NCBI RefSeq assembly: GCF_963921235.1
Contig: NC_086100.1
Coordinates: 202,308,001-202,372,000 of the forward strand
From: Mobula hypostoma
Lineage: Eukaryota
Length of the DNA stretch: 64,000 nt
Reading direction: 5' to 3'
Of this stretch, positions 52,730 to 64,000 are shown piece by piece (positions within the stretch are counted from its first letter, which is position 1; each line of letters starts with the position of its first letter). The translations under genes were made by a program, and so were the position numbers. The notes beneath the pieces were generated by a model, which had not been told where the DNA came from, did no database searches, and saw only the letters and a list, made by a program, of their open reading frames with translations.

Positions 52730-55700
52730 TCATGTCCTCATGACATTGAGATAACTTGCCAACCCTTCCTGCAAAACACAAAGTCCAATCCAGGTGCACA
52801 AGGCAATGACGCAGCTCGCCAAAACGGTAGGGGTCACACTGTGTTCCCCTGGTGCTACGTAAGCCAGCCTATCCGGGGGCCTCTGAATTCTCCGAGACTT
52901 TTGGACCCCCTCACATAACTCTTCAGGTTCAGACACTACTGGGGATACTTCCAGTCTACCCGGAGAGGGCTCCCCTGATCTATCACTCGTGCCCACCTGC
53001 AACTCGGAGCCCTCTGTCCCGTGATCAAACCCCGCTTCCTCCCCTGCAGAGTCCCACTGTAACCCAGGCTGCCCACAGGTAGCTCCCGGAGAAGGGCTGG
53101 GAGTTTCTTCCTCAATCACTGGGGAGTTAGCGAAAGGCAGCATAGACCACACATCCAGGTCTTCATCCTCCGAATCAGTATTCCTCTTGGATGGGGGCTG
53201 GCCTAACCTCGCCTGTTGGGGGCCCTGCAGTTGCCCCACGTTTCTGTAGAGTCCTCTTACTAGTTGTAGGCTCCAAGTTGGGCTCTGGGTCTACCCGCAC
53301 CTCTTGTCCCAGGGGCATCAGGTGGTTCCGATGGAGAATCTTGACAGGCCCATTCTCTCCTCTGGTTTCACTGGTAGGTTCGGCATCTGACTCTCCACCA
53401 CATAGGGTGTGGCCGCCCAGCTGTCAGCCAACTTGTGCTTTCCAGGTAGCCTCAGATTCCCTATAAGGACTCGGTCTCCTGGCAGGAGTTGGGAGAACCT
53501 CACCTTTTGATCATACCTCCTCTTATTCCCTTGATTCTGCTTGGCAGGCGAGACCCCAGCTAATTCATAAGCCCTTTTCAGCTCTCTTTTCATATCAGAC
53601 ACATACTTCAGATAAGTCTTCGGTGGTAAGTCACCTTCGTCAGTCCCGAAACAAAGGTCAATGGGCAACTTCGGCTCACGCCCAAACAACAGATAATATG
53701 GCGAGTACCTAGTAGCTTCATTTCGTGTACAGTTGTAACAGTGAACCAGATGCCCAATATGTTGACTCCACCTGCTCTTCTTGCTGATCTCCAGGGTCCT
53801 GAGCATGTCTAGCAAGGTCCAATTAAACCTCTCAGGCTGGGGATCACCCTGCAGGTGATAGGGTGTGGTCCTCGATTTCTCAACTCCAAGCATGCCCAGT
53901 AACTCATAGATGAATCTGCTCTCGAAGTCCCGTCCCTGGTCACTATGTATCTGCCTGGGAAGGCCATAATAAACTAAATACTTCTCCCATAACACTTTTG
54001 CCACTGTAGTCGCCCTCTGGACCTTGGTAGGAAAAGCCTGAGCATATCTGGTGTAGTGGTCCGTGATGACTAAGACATTCACCGTGTTGCTGGCATCGGG
54101 TTCTATGGACAGGAAATCCATACACACCAGGTCCAGAGGCCCTGCACTCTGCAGGCGGGACAAGGGAGCTGCCCGCGTAGGCAGTGTCTTCTGCCGTATG
54201 CATCGAATGCATGACTTGCAGTATTTTTCGAACTCTGACTTCATTGGGGGCCAGTAAAACCGGTCTCTGAGCAATTCATAGGTCTTTTCCACCCCCAAAT
54301 GTCCAGAATCATTGAGAAGTGACTTCAACGCAATCCTCTGATACTTCTCGGGCAAAACCAGCTGGCAACGCCAGGGTCGGTCCGGGGGTGATGTGACCCG
54401 GTATAAGATCAGGTTCTTCAACTCCAACCGAGGCCATTCTTTCAGTAATGGAGGCACCAACACGTGTTTCGTCTTCTCTGCCTGAGCCACGTCTCCCTTT
54501 ACGACTGCTGCTCAAATGGTGCCAATGCCCGGGTCATCTCGCTGAGGAGCTGCCACTTCCCCAGAACTCAATTCCGGCAGCTGATTTGTCTTCAGAGCAG
54601 TCAGGTCACAGTAAACTTGGGGATGGCATCATCAGAAGCTCCCAATTGATCCACCGCTCAATCCTGCCTCTCATTTCCGTCTGCCTTCACGGTGATGGCA
54701 AACTGACACATGACCTTCACCCCAGGGGCAGGAACGCTCTCCCACTCCTCGTCCCTGACCAGTCCCTCATGCGCCCATCAGGACAAAGCATTCCCATCAA
54801 TGTTCCGGCTCCCTGGCTGGTACTTCAGGCTGAAATCATAGGCAGACAACGCCGCCAACCACCGATAGCCTGTGGCATCCAGTTTCACCGAGGTCAGGAT
54901 ATAGGTTAGGGGGCTGTTGTCCGTCCTCACTTCAAACATGGCCCCGTAGAGGTAGTCACTCAGCTTATCCACCACCACCCATTTCAATGTCAGAAATTCC
55001 AACTTAAGAGTGGGATAGTTTTTCTTGGAGGGTGACAGACTCCGGCTGACAAACGCAACGGGCCTCAATCCAGTGCCCTGATCCTGATACAGGACTCCCC
55101 CCAAGCCCTCCCGGCTGGTATCTGTGTGCAGTACATATGGCAATCAGGGGTCCGCAAAAGCCAGCACCGGCGCTTGGGTCAGCAGGTCCTTCAGCGACTG
55201 AAAGGCCTCCTCACATTTTGCATCCCACCTCGGTCCAAAGGGCTCCGATGGGCTAAGATTCTCTCCACCCTCCTGTCCTTTTCTTCCTCCTCCCTTTATT
55301 CCCCAAGGGAGGGTAACTGCACAGAAGCTGATTCAACGGGTGACTCACTTTTGTGTAGCCTTTCACGAACCTCTGATAGTAACCACAGAAACCGGGGAAC
55401 GAGCGCAGTGTGCTCACAGTCTGGGGCCTTGGCCAAGTGGTAACTGCCTCTATCTTAGCTGGATAAGATATCTTATCTTAACTCCATCCCGTTAGACTAT
55501 GTGCCCAATACAGGTAACAGATGTTTGACAGAACTGCAACTTGTCCAGGGAAAGTTTTAATCGTTCGGCTTTCAGGCGGCCCAGCACATTACGCAGCCTC
55601 TCCTCATGTTCGTCCAAGGTGGATCCAAATACTATGAGGTCATCCAGATACACCAATACCTCCAGCAAGTTTATATCCCCACCGTCTTCTCTATGACCTG

Positions 55701-55770
55701 CTGGAAGGTTGCAGGAGCTCCTGAGATGCCCTGGGGCATCCTTTCAAACTGGAAAAATCCCAGGGGACAT
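52730..55770 (-). pseudogene. Gypsy pol remnant (RT, RNase H, integrase)
   Basis: FERMPQGISGAPATFQ, LHTDTSREGLGGVL, GHLGVEKT..FYWP..CKSCIRC, VCMDF, HSDQGRDFES, GHLVHCYN. Frameshifted. Confidence 0.93.
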
Positions 55771-55773
55771 ATA

Positions 55774-56362
55774 CAGTGACATGCAAAAGTTTGGGCACCC
55801 CAGTCAAAATTTCTGTTACTGTACTGTGAATAGCTAAGCGGGTAAAAGATGACTTGATTTTCAAAAGGCATAAAGTTAAAGATGACACATTTCTTTAATA
55901 TTTTAAGCAAGATTACTTTTTTTATTTCCACCTTTTACAGTTTCAAAATAACAAAAAAGGAAAAGGGCCGAAAGCAAAAGTTTGTGCAGTACTTAGTAAC
56001 ACCCCCTTTGGCAAGTATCACAGCTTGTAAACGCTTTCTGTAGCCAGCTAAGAGTCTTTAAATTCTTATTTGGGGGATTTTCACCCATTCTTCCTTGCAA
56101 AAGGCTTCTAGTTCTGTGAGACTCTTGGGCTGTCTTGCAGGCACTGCTTTTTTGAGGACTATCCACAGATTTTCGATGATGTTTAGGTCAGGGGACTGTG
56201 AGGGCCATGGCAAAACCTTCAGCTTGCGCCTCTTGAGGTAGTCCATTGTGGATTTTGAGGTGTATTTAGGATCATTATCCTGTTGTAGAAGCCATCCTCT
56301 TTTCATCTTCAGCTTTTTTACAGACAGTGTGATGTTTGCTTCCAGAATTTGCTGGTACCAGA
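55774..56362 (-). mobile_element. Tc1/mariner fragment (one TIR plus transposase C-terminus)
   Basis: TA followed by CAGTGACATGCAAAAGTTTGGGCACCCC terminus. QQDNDPKYTSK..WPSQSPDLNIIENLW motif. Confidence 0.9.
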
Positions 56363-56645
56363 TTCTCCAGGAGGCACTCATGGAGTGAGGTTAATTTTGG
56401 CTTTGCTCCATTACCGTTACTTTTTTTTTTAACCTATGATCACCCTTATTTAATTTATTTTTACCTACACTAAAAGATTTATACTATTGAATTATCCCTG
56501 AGCTTTGACTGTGAAATTTGAAGAAATCAGCAAAGAAATAAGTACAAGATCGAAAGGGCGAGATCCTAAAAATGGGAAAGATTCTGACGGTAACAGGATC
56601 TAAAAATGTGAACCTAAGCAAACTGAATTAACTTATGATACACTG

Positions 56646-57389
56646 TTGAATCTTTTAAGTATAAAATTTGACGAACAACGTCAAAGTTTTAAAGAAGACT
56701 TAAAGTCAATTAAGGATTCTTTGGAATTGCTTGATTACGAAGTTAAACAGCAACAAAGCAAAATTACAGAATTGAATGAAGAAGCTCAGAAGAGAGATCT
56801 GAAAATTAAGAGTTTGGAACAAAAATTGTCTTCGACGTCTAAACAGCTGGAGAGTTTTAAATCCAAGATTATTGATCTTGAAAATCAATCCAGAAGACAG
56901 AACTTATGTATAATTGGTCTCCCTGAGGATGTTGAGGAAGAGGACCCTTTAAAATTCTTTTCTCAACTTTTAAAGGATGCGTGTAGCTCTGAATTTCCGG
57001 ACGACCCTCCATTGCTCAATCGCGCTTACCATATATTTTGTCAAAAACCAGACTCGGGGTCTAAACCGAGACCAGTGGTTATCTGTTTCCATTATGTTCA
57101 CATTAAAGAGCATCTCATCCAAATTGCCCATCGGCAAGGTATGATTACATTTCAAGATGATCAATTCCGTCTTGTGGAGGATTTTAATCCAGGAGTGATG
57201 AAGGAGCGGCTGGTTTTCAAATCTCTGATGTCGGAATGTGACCAAAAAGGTCTCAGATCAGCTTTATTGTACCCTGCACATTTAAGAATTTCTCCTCCGG
57301 AAGGATCACGCCGTATCTTTTATTCCACAAGTGCTGTTCAAAGTTTCTTGGATGAGCACTATCCAACTGCTATGGATATTTCACTCTAA
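56646..57389 (+). pseudogene. L1 ORF1p-like (coiled coil plus RRM/CTD)
   Basis: Heptad-rich N-terminus, then DLENQSRRQNLCIIGLPE, RAYH, KPRPVVICF, LLYPAHLRI. Confidence 0.85.
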
Positions 57390-57952
57390 TTAATGTATGG
57401 CTCTTGCAGTATTGGCTCTGTTTTTACGTGCTTCTTTTTAAAGTCTATAATTATCTTATGAAGATGGACCTTAATAAGTTCAAGATTTTCGTTTTTGGTT
57501 AGTAGTGTAGGTATTTTTCACATTTCTATTAAAGTTTTTCTTTGTTGATGAATTCATTTTCTCTTATTTTGCTAATTTCTAACTATTTGATTTTTGACAT
57601 TGTCATTAATGATTTGATGGTGAATTTCTATTACACTGGAGGAATATCTTGTGTTTTTTTTGCTTCGTTTAATTAAGCTGGCGGTTTTTTTCCTTTCTTC
57701 ATAATACCGTTTGTTTTTTTACTGCGCCAGTTTTTCGTGTTCCTTTCTTTCTTTTGAAGTGCCATTTTTCATTGTTTATGTTTGTAATTGACTAATAATA
57801 TGTATTGGCACTTACTCTTTTCTCTCACTTTAGAAACCACAATATGAAGATTGTTAACAACAGGAATTCTGCAGATGCTGGAAATTCAAGCAACACACAT
57901 AAAAGTTGCTGGTGAACACAGCAGGCCAGGCAGCATCTCTAGGAAGAGGTGC

Positions 57953-57987
57953 AGTCGACGTTTCAGGCCGAGCCCTTCGTCAGGACT
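57953..57987 (-). ncRNA. Minimal type-I hammerhead ribozyme motif
   Basis: AGUC-CUGACGA-AGG(gcucgg)CCU-GAAAC-GUC-GACU. Stem I AGUC/GACU intact. Confidence 0.65.
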
Positions 57988-57998
57988 AGGACTAGGAT

Positions 57999-58034
57999 AG
58001 TCCTGACGAAGGGTCTCGGCCTGAAACGTCAACT
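57999..58034 (+). ncRNA. Minimal type-I hammerhead ribozyme motif (one stem-I mismatch)
   Basis: AGUC-CUGACGA-AGG(gucucgg)CCU-GAAAC-GUC-AACU. Confidence 0.55.
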
Positions 58035-58962
58035 GCACCTCTTCCTAGAGATGCTGCCTGGCCTGCTGCGTTCACCAGCAACTTTTATATGAAGATTGTT
58101 ATAGCTCAGTGTTTAATTTTCTTTTGGATTTCAGGTGGTTCTCTTTTCAACATATATCTTTGGAGTCATCTTCTGGAGAAATGGGGATAGATTTAGTGTT
58201 ACTTTATTCTCTGGCCTTTTTCTGGCTTAGTCTCAGGTCTTTGTGGGTGGAGGGTGGGGGGATTTTTACTATCAATTGGGCTGATTTAGAACTACAAAAT
58301 TATCGGCAATGTCGTGACATCCGGAGCCTTTCTGAATTTTGTTCCTCTTCTGATTTCATGAGTTTACATTATGGTTAACTCTTTACATACCAAAGGGTTG
58401 ATTCTGGGAAAATATGGCTCAGATTATTAATTTTGTTTCTTGGAATACAAATGGTTGAAATCATCCGATTAAACGGAAAAAGATTTTATAAGTATTCCAA
58501 AGACTGAATGCTCATATTATTTTTGCACAAGAAATTCATGTGAGGAAAGAGGATAATGAGCATTTCTTTAGCTTTTGGAAGGTTTAACAGTATCATTCAA
58601 ACTCTCAGGCCAAAGTAAAAGGAGTTTCAATTTTATAGATTCCTCAATTACATTTGCTCATCATGACATCATTTCAGATCTGAATGGCAGATGTTTGTTA
58701 ATTACTGGATTACTTTTTAATAAAAAAGTTGTTATGGTTAATGTCTATGCTCCAAATGTGGACTATCCCGAATTTTTTAAGCATTTATTTACTTCTTTTC
58801 CTAATTTAAATGAGTATATGTTGATAATGGGTGGTGATTTTAATTGTTGTTTAAATCCCTTGACAAATAGATTCTATATCTAGTCAGGCTTTACCAAATA
58901 AGTCAGCTACTCTTATCAACTCTTTTATGATTGATTCTGGAATTTCAGAAATTTGGAGATTT

Positions 58963-60400
58963 GCCACTCCTCGTCTCTCCCAGCTTTGGTGTATTCTTCC
59001 TTACCATTGAAATCCTCTCAATTCACATCTAACCCGGTCGTGCTCTCTACCCTCAAAATTTTTAATCAATTTCGCTGCCACTATAAGTTCATATCAGCTT
59101 CAGTTTTGGGCCCCATTCATAAAAACCATTTATTTCCTCCCTCCACATTCGATTCAGCTTTTAGACAATGGGGTTTGAACGGTCTTATGTGCATTAAGGA
59201 TTTGTATACTGATAACATATTTGTTAGTTTTGATAACCTGCGTGGTAAGTATGGCCTTCTGCATAATCATTTTTTTAAATACCTGCAGATTCGCCACTTT
59301 GTCAAGGAAAAATTTCCCTCTTTTCCTGTTCTACCACCTGCTATGTTATGGGAAAAATTCACTCTTAGCTTTAACAATAAGGGGCTGATTTCTGAACTAT
59401 ACTCTCAGCTGATGTCTTTGGGAGTTCAAGATCTAAACAAAACTAAGAGTAGGTGGGAGGACGACCTCGGTATGGACCTTGCGGAAAAATATTGGGCAAA
59501 AGTATTGAATAGGGTTCATTTCTCATCATCATGTGCTAGACTGGGGCTCATACAGTTCAAAGTTTTACACAGGGTACATTTAAGTAAAGCCAGACTGGCA
59601 GACATATACCCTGTGACAGGTGTTCCTTCTCTCCGGCTGGTTTAATCATGCATATTGGTCATGCCCTCGGCTTGATGACTATTGGGCACTGGTTTTTAAA
59701 ATTATCAGTGAGGTTTTGGGGGTGACACTGAGACCTTGCCCGCTTATAGCTGTATTTGGTATGGCAGATGATGATTTGGGTTTAAATGCAAGCCAGTCGG
59801 ATATCATTGCATTTACATCGCTATTGGCCCGTAGGAGAATTTTGCTGGTTTGGAAATCTGCCACTCCCCCAACTGCTGCTGCTTGGTTAGAAGATGTAAT
59901 GTTTTTTCTGAAATTAGAAAAGATTAAATTCACTTTGAGGGGGTCTGTGAAAAAGTTCTATTCAAAATGGGGACCTTTCTTATCATATTTTGGGAGTCTT
60001 AAGGAATTACCTACTAGTTGAGGGCATTTGATTGTACTTAGGAAGTTGCCTCCCATTTAACACACTTATAATTTACCTCACAGGGTGGTTGATGAATTAT
60101 AAATATGAGTGTATTTTGGATCATCTGACATGTTGCAGATGTGTATGAGCTGTCGTATTGAAGTAGTGTGGGGGTACGGTTGTGAAATGTCCGTACTTGT
60201 ATTTGTGAATTGTTGTGTTGTAGATATATTAGCTGCCATGATATGTTCGGGGAGGGCAGGTGGGGGGGAGGTTTGTTTTGGGGGTACGATACTAAAGCAA
60301 AATGGAGGAAAATGTAATCCATTATATATTCTGTATTGTGTCATTCCTTCAATAAAAATAAATATATTAAAAAAATTTTTAAAAATAAAAGAAAAAAAAA
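58963..60400 (+). mobile_element. 5'-truncated L1 (ORF2 C-terminus, 3' UTR, poly-A) inserted in the host L1 ORF2
   Basis: IQFKVLHR..HAYWSCP..YW motif and A-rich tail. TSD GAGATTT (58956-58962, 60401-60407). Removing it restores host EIWRFLHP. Confidence 0.9.
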
Positions 60401-61785
60401 GAGATTTCTACACCCTAAGGGTAAAGAGCTTTCATTCTTCTCAGTTTATCATTCTTATTCTAGTATTGACTACTGTTTTATTGACTCTCCTTTAATTCCA
60501 TCTGTGATTGACTGTAACTACGACATTATTGCCATTTCTGACCATGCTCCAATGAAACTTTCTATCAAGTTAATGGATACATCTCCTCGTACTGGACAAT
60601 GGTGGTTTAATTCCAATCTGCTTCAAGACTTGGATTTTGTTAAGTTTATGAAGGAATAGATTGATTTCTTCTTTTCTACTAATATTAGGGAAGAAATTTC
60701 AAGCCGGACAGTATGGGACACTTTTAAAGTATATATCCGTGGACAGATTATTTCCTATTCTGTTAGTTTGAAAAAAACATATTAAGAATGAAACACTTCT
60801 GTTGGTTGATAAGATTAAAGAAATTGATAAATATTCCATTGCTCCTAGTAAGGAGCCTTATAAACAGAGAGTTGAACTTCAAATGGAACATAGTTTATTA
60901 CTAACATCCTTGATTGAAAATCAGCTAATGAAAACCAGATGTGAGTTTTATGTACATAGTGATAAATCGGGTAAATTATTAGCTAATCAATTGAAAACCG
61001 CTTCAGTTAAACGTCAAATTATCAAGAATTGTGAACATGATACCTTGACAGTTGATCATGACGAGATAAACAAATCTTTTCAAGAATTTTATACCTCTTT
61101 ATACCACTCTGAATTTCCTCATGATCCCAATACCATGCATGACTTTTTAAGGAAATTGAATTTTCCGAAATTATCACCCGAAGAATGTTTGACATTAGAA
61201 ACTCCTTTTATGGATGAAGAAATAAAAGGTGTTATTTCCTCAATGAACTCTGGCAAAGCACCTGGTCCAGATAACTATACGGTAGAATTCTTTAAGTTTT
61301 TTTCTTCTGTTCTTTCTCCTTGGTTGTGTAGAGTTTTTAAAGAAGCAATTAGATCAGGTAAATTACCACAATCATTTTATGGAGCTTCTATTTCTTTAAT
61401 TCTAAAAAAAAGATTGTGCATCATATAGACCGATATCCCTGCTGAATGTAGATTCTAAGATTTTTTTCTAAGATATTAGCAACTAGGTTAGAGAAGGTAT
61501 TACTTCAAATTATCTCTGTGGACCAAACTTGATTTATTAAAAATCATTATTCATCTTTCAATATTAGGAGATTAATAAATATTGTTTATACTCCTTCACT
61601 TAGTACTCCAGAATGTGTCCTTTCATTAGATGCTGAGAAAGCTTTTGACAGAGTTGAACAGCCATATTTATTTAGTGTGCTTGAGAAATTTAATTTTAGT
61701 CCAATATTTATATCTTGGATTAAATTGATATATCATACCCCTGTAGCTTCGGTTTTTACTAATAATCAAAGATCTCCCTTTTTCA

Positions 61786-61870
61786 GGGAAACTGGCATCA
61801 AATTCCCTGTATGTGTCCACATACTCGGCGATAATAAAGGATTCTGACTCTGATTCTGATCGTGATTCTG
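61786..61870 (+). mobile_element. Short LINE 3' tail with (GATTCT)n
   Basis: aaattccctgtatgtg...aataaaggattctgactctgattctgat. Confidence 0.5.
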
Positions 61871-62280
61871 AGAACTCCAACTTCACTGACAAATAACTGT
61901 CGTATGGATAATCACTAGCACTAAGCCCCCAGATCTCTAGTGCCCTGAATGGGGTCAATGGTAAATGCTTCAGATACCGGTTGTAAAATGAACAACATGA
62001 CCTGTGACCCGGTGTCGAGTATGGCTTTGGCGTAAATACCCTCTATCCATAGCAACACACTGGAGCGTGGTGCAACTAAACCTTCAAGAATTGGGCCTTT
62101 CGCTTTTAAGGGTTTATTGGTACATTACTGGGAATGTGCTCCCCCAGAAATACCAGGCCATTTCTCATTGGGTCTCCTCTAGGTTTTCCCAACGACTCTC
62201 CCTGCAGTGGAATTAACAATTCATCCAGAGAGCGAATATCTACCCCACTCAGGGTAATCACACAGCATCCAATGGAATCA
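61870..62280 (-). pseudogene. Gypsy gag N-terminal remnant
   Basis: Lies directly downstream of the PBS. Degenerate reading frames. Confidence 0.45.
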
Positions 62281-62299
62281 ATTCCGAACGTAGCCCCCA
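62281..62299 (-). promoter_or_regulatory. Primer-binding site, tRNA-Pro-like (degenerate)
   Basis: Minus strand TGGGGGCTACGTTCGGAAT versus canonical TGGGGGCTCGTCCGGGAT, just inside the 5' LTR. Confidence 0.7.
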
Positions 62300-62303
62300 C
62301 AAT

Positions 62304-62819
62304 TGTAACTCTCGCTTCGGCTAGCAGCTTATAGCCCCCGGCCCGGCCAGACTTTAGAAATCTCATTTGGGTGGATGCTGCGTGATATTACAAATCAGTA
62401 CTTTGAAATAACAAACAGTACACAATATGTAATTAAATGATTGAGCTTTATAATTCTTAATTTGACGATATGGTTTGTAAAGAAAACAAGAAGAAAAAGG
62501 GCCCATCCTCATGAAACAGTCTATTGTGCAAAGTTGGAGCTCACTGCTAAGCTGTTCGTCCACCATCGACCTCCTCCGATTGTCACTGACCTTCGGACCC
62601 TCGCTGTAAGTCCTGGTGATCTACCAACTCTCTCCATTTGCATCTTCTCTCCTCATCTCTCCCTGGCAAAAGACCCACAAATTCCTGACTCCCAGACATG
62701 CAAGAAAGAACAACATCCTGCTCATTGGCTAGCATGCCCCGTTATCTCTGGTCATAACCTAAACATTGCTGCTACAGAGAAGCCATTACACTAGCAGTGA
62801 AACATTACAGTGTGCTACA
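62304..62819 (-). repeat. 5' LTR
   Basis: Homologous to 52115-52702 with substitutions and indels. Confidence 0.9.
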
Positions 62820-64000
62820 GGTACAAGACCCAGGTTTCGGAGCCGTGTAGCAGTGTTGTGATGATGGCAGCCCTGTACGCCTGGAGTTTTGTGGACAGAC
62901 ATAGCTGGTGGTTCTTCCACACATGTTTCTGGAGGCGCCTGAAGGCACTGCTGGTTCTGGTGAGGCAACTGTCAACGTCCCCTACTACCGTAGCGTCGTT
63001 GGAGATGATGCTGCACAGGTAGGTGAACTACTCGACCATGGCGAGAGGGTGATCGTTAATGGTGATCCGAGGAGGGTTGTAAACGCCATGGCCTGGCCGT
63101 TAACCTGAAAGCCCTTCCAGCCTTGGCGAACTGAGTGACTTCAGCCTGTAGCATGTCCTCTGTGTCTGTGAGCAGAGCATAGTCATCCACAAATAGCAGC
63201 TCGAGAATGGGCTCTTGCTTGGCTTTTGTTTGGGCGAGAGGGTGGGTGAGGTTGAAGATACGTCTGTCAGTGCTGAACCGAATGAAGATGCTCTCTGAAG
63301 TGGTCTCTTTCACTTCCCTTAGCGTCGTGCTGAAAAAGGTGGCAAAGGATGTTGGTGCCAAAACGTAGCCTTGTTTCATGCTGGTACTGATGATGAATGG
63401 GTAGACAGGTTGCCGTTGTAGTTAACCTGACCACTTTGGCCTTCATTGAGCTGTTGCAGGATGGTGAGGAATTTCGGGGGACAGCCGAGCTTCGACAGAA
63501 TGTTCCAGAGACCATCGTGGCTAACTGTATCAAAGGTGTTGCTCAGGGTCAATGAACGCCACGTGCAGTCCCATGTTCTGTTCACGACACTTCTTGGACG
63601 TAGATAATGTCGAATGTGCCTCTGCTTGCTCTGAATCCGCACTGACTCCCCGAGGTGGCCTTTGGAAATGGTAGGGATGATTCTATCCAAGAGAATTCTG
63701 GCGAGGAGCTTCCTGGTAGTGGCAACAGGGTAACATCTCTGTAGTCTGAGCAACTTGATATCTCCCTTTTGTCCTTGTGCAGGGAGACAACTACAGCATC
63801 ACGTAGGTCATTTGGAACTGAACCTTTCTCGCAACAGAGTGAGAGTTTGTGAGTTCACTCAGGAGAAGGTCTCCGCCCATTTGTACACTTCCATTAGGAC
63901 CCCATCAATTCCTAGCACTCTATGGCATTTCAGCTTGGAAATAGCGACCTTGACCTTGTCCAGAGTCGGCGGGCCATCAGGCTTAACCCTGAGCTCATGC
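62820..64000 (-). mobile_element. RTE-clade LINE RT region (runs off the right edge)
   Basis: KLLARILLDR, FDTVSHDGLW..LGCPPKF, KQGYVLAP, ELLFVDDYAL. Reads SETWVLYHKQVQLL across the Gypsy TSD. Confidence 0.9.

Larger units (their letters stand above)
57857..58086. mobile_element. Palindromic Penelope-like non-autonomous element
   Basis: 15-bp TSD ATATGAAGATTGTTA (57842-57856, 58087-58101). About 90-bp inverted arms at 57899-57988 and 57998-58088. Confidence 0.8.
56363..61785 (+). mobile_element. L1-clade LINE (ORF1, inter-ORF region, degenerate ORF2; 3'-truncated in RT)
   Basis: ORF2 motifs SWNTNG, VNVYAPN, MGGDFN, SDHAP, GKAPGPD, SLDAEKAFDRVE. Boundaries approximate. Confidence 0.88.
52115..62819 (-). 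mobile_element. Gypsy LTR retrotransposon with both LTRs and nested insertions
   Basis: LTRs 52115-52702 and 62304-62819 (TGT...ACA). 4-bp TSD GGTA at 52111-52114 and 62820-62823. PPT next to 52703, PBS next to 62303. Confidence 0.92.

Overview
This is eukaryotic, repeat-only DNA; the TE mix (CR1, Rex1/Babar, RTE, L1, Gypsy, Tc1, Penelope-type palindromes) suggests a cartilaginous fish, which is an inference. Positions 1-40.7 kb are a 21-bp minisatellite (consensus ~CAGGAGTGAGRTACTGACCAY) organised into higher-order repeats. It is punctuated by a cassette made of a 561-bp RTE-like non-autonomous retroelement (4 copies, minus strand, 12-bp TSD) and a ~140-bp Rex1-like 3' tail (5 copies). Main observation: the 5' end of each 561-bp element folds by eye into a complete HDV-like self-cleaving ribozyme (P1, P1.1, P2, P3, P4, GGGCAAC, GGCUAA with the catalytic C), with an extra hairpin in L3. 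The satellite therefore carries co-oriented putative ribozymes every ~8-15 kb. Next come a possible 81-nt exon, a G-rich 18-20-bp minisatellite and a nested TE graveyard: a Gypsy remnant, CR1 in CR1, Rex1, a solo LTR, and RTE > Gypsy > Tc1 > L1 > (L1 fragment plus a palindrome with two minimal hammerhead motifs). No intact host gene can be called, and the long ORFs in the satellite are artefacts of the 21-bp period.
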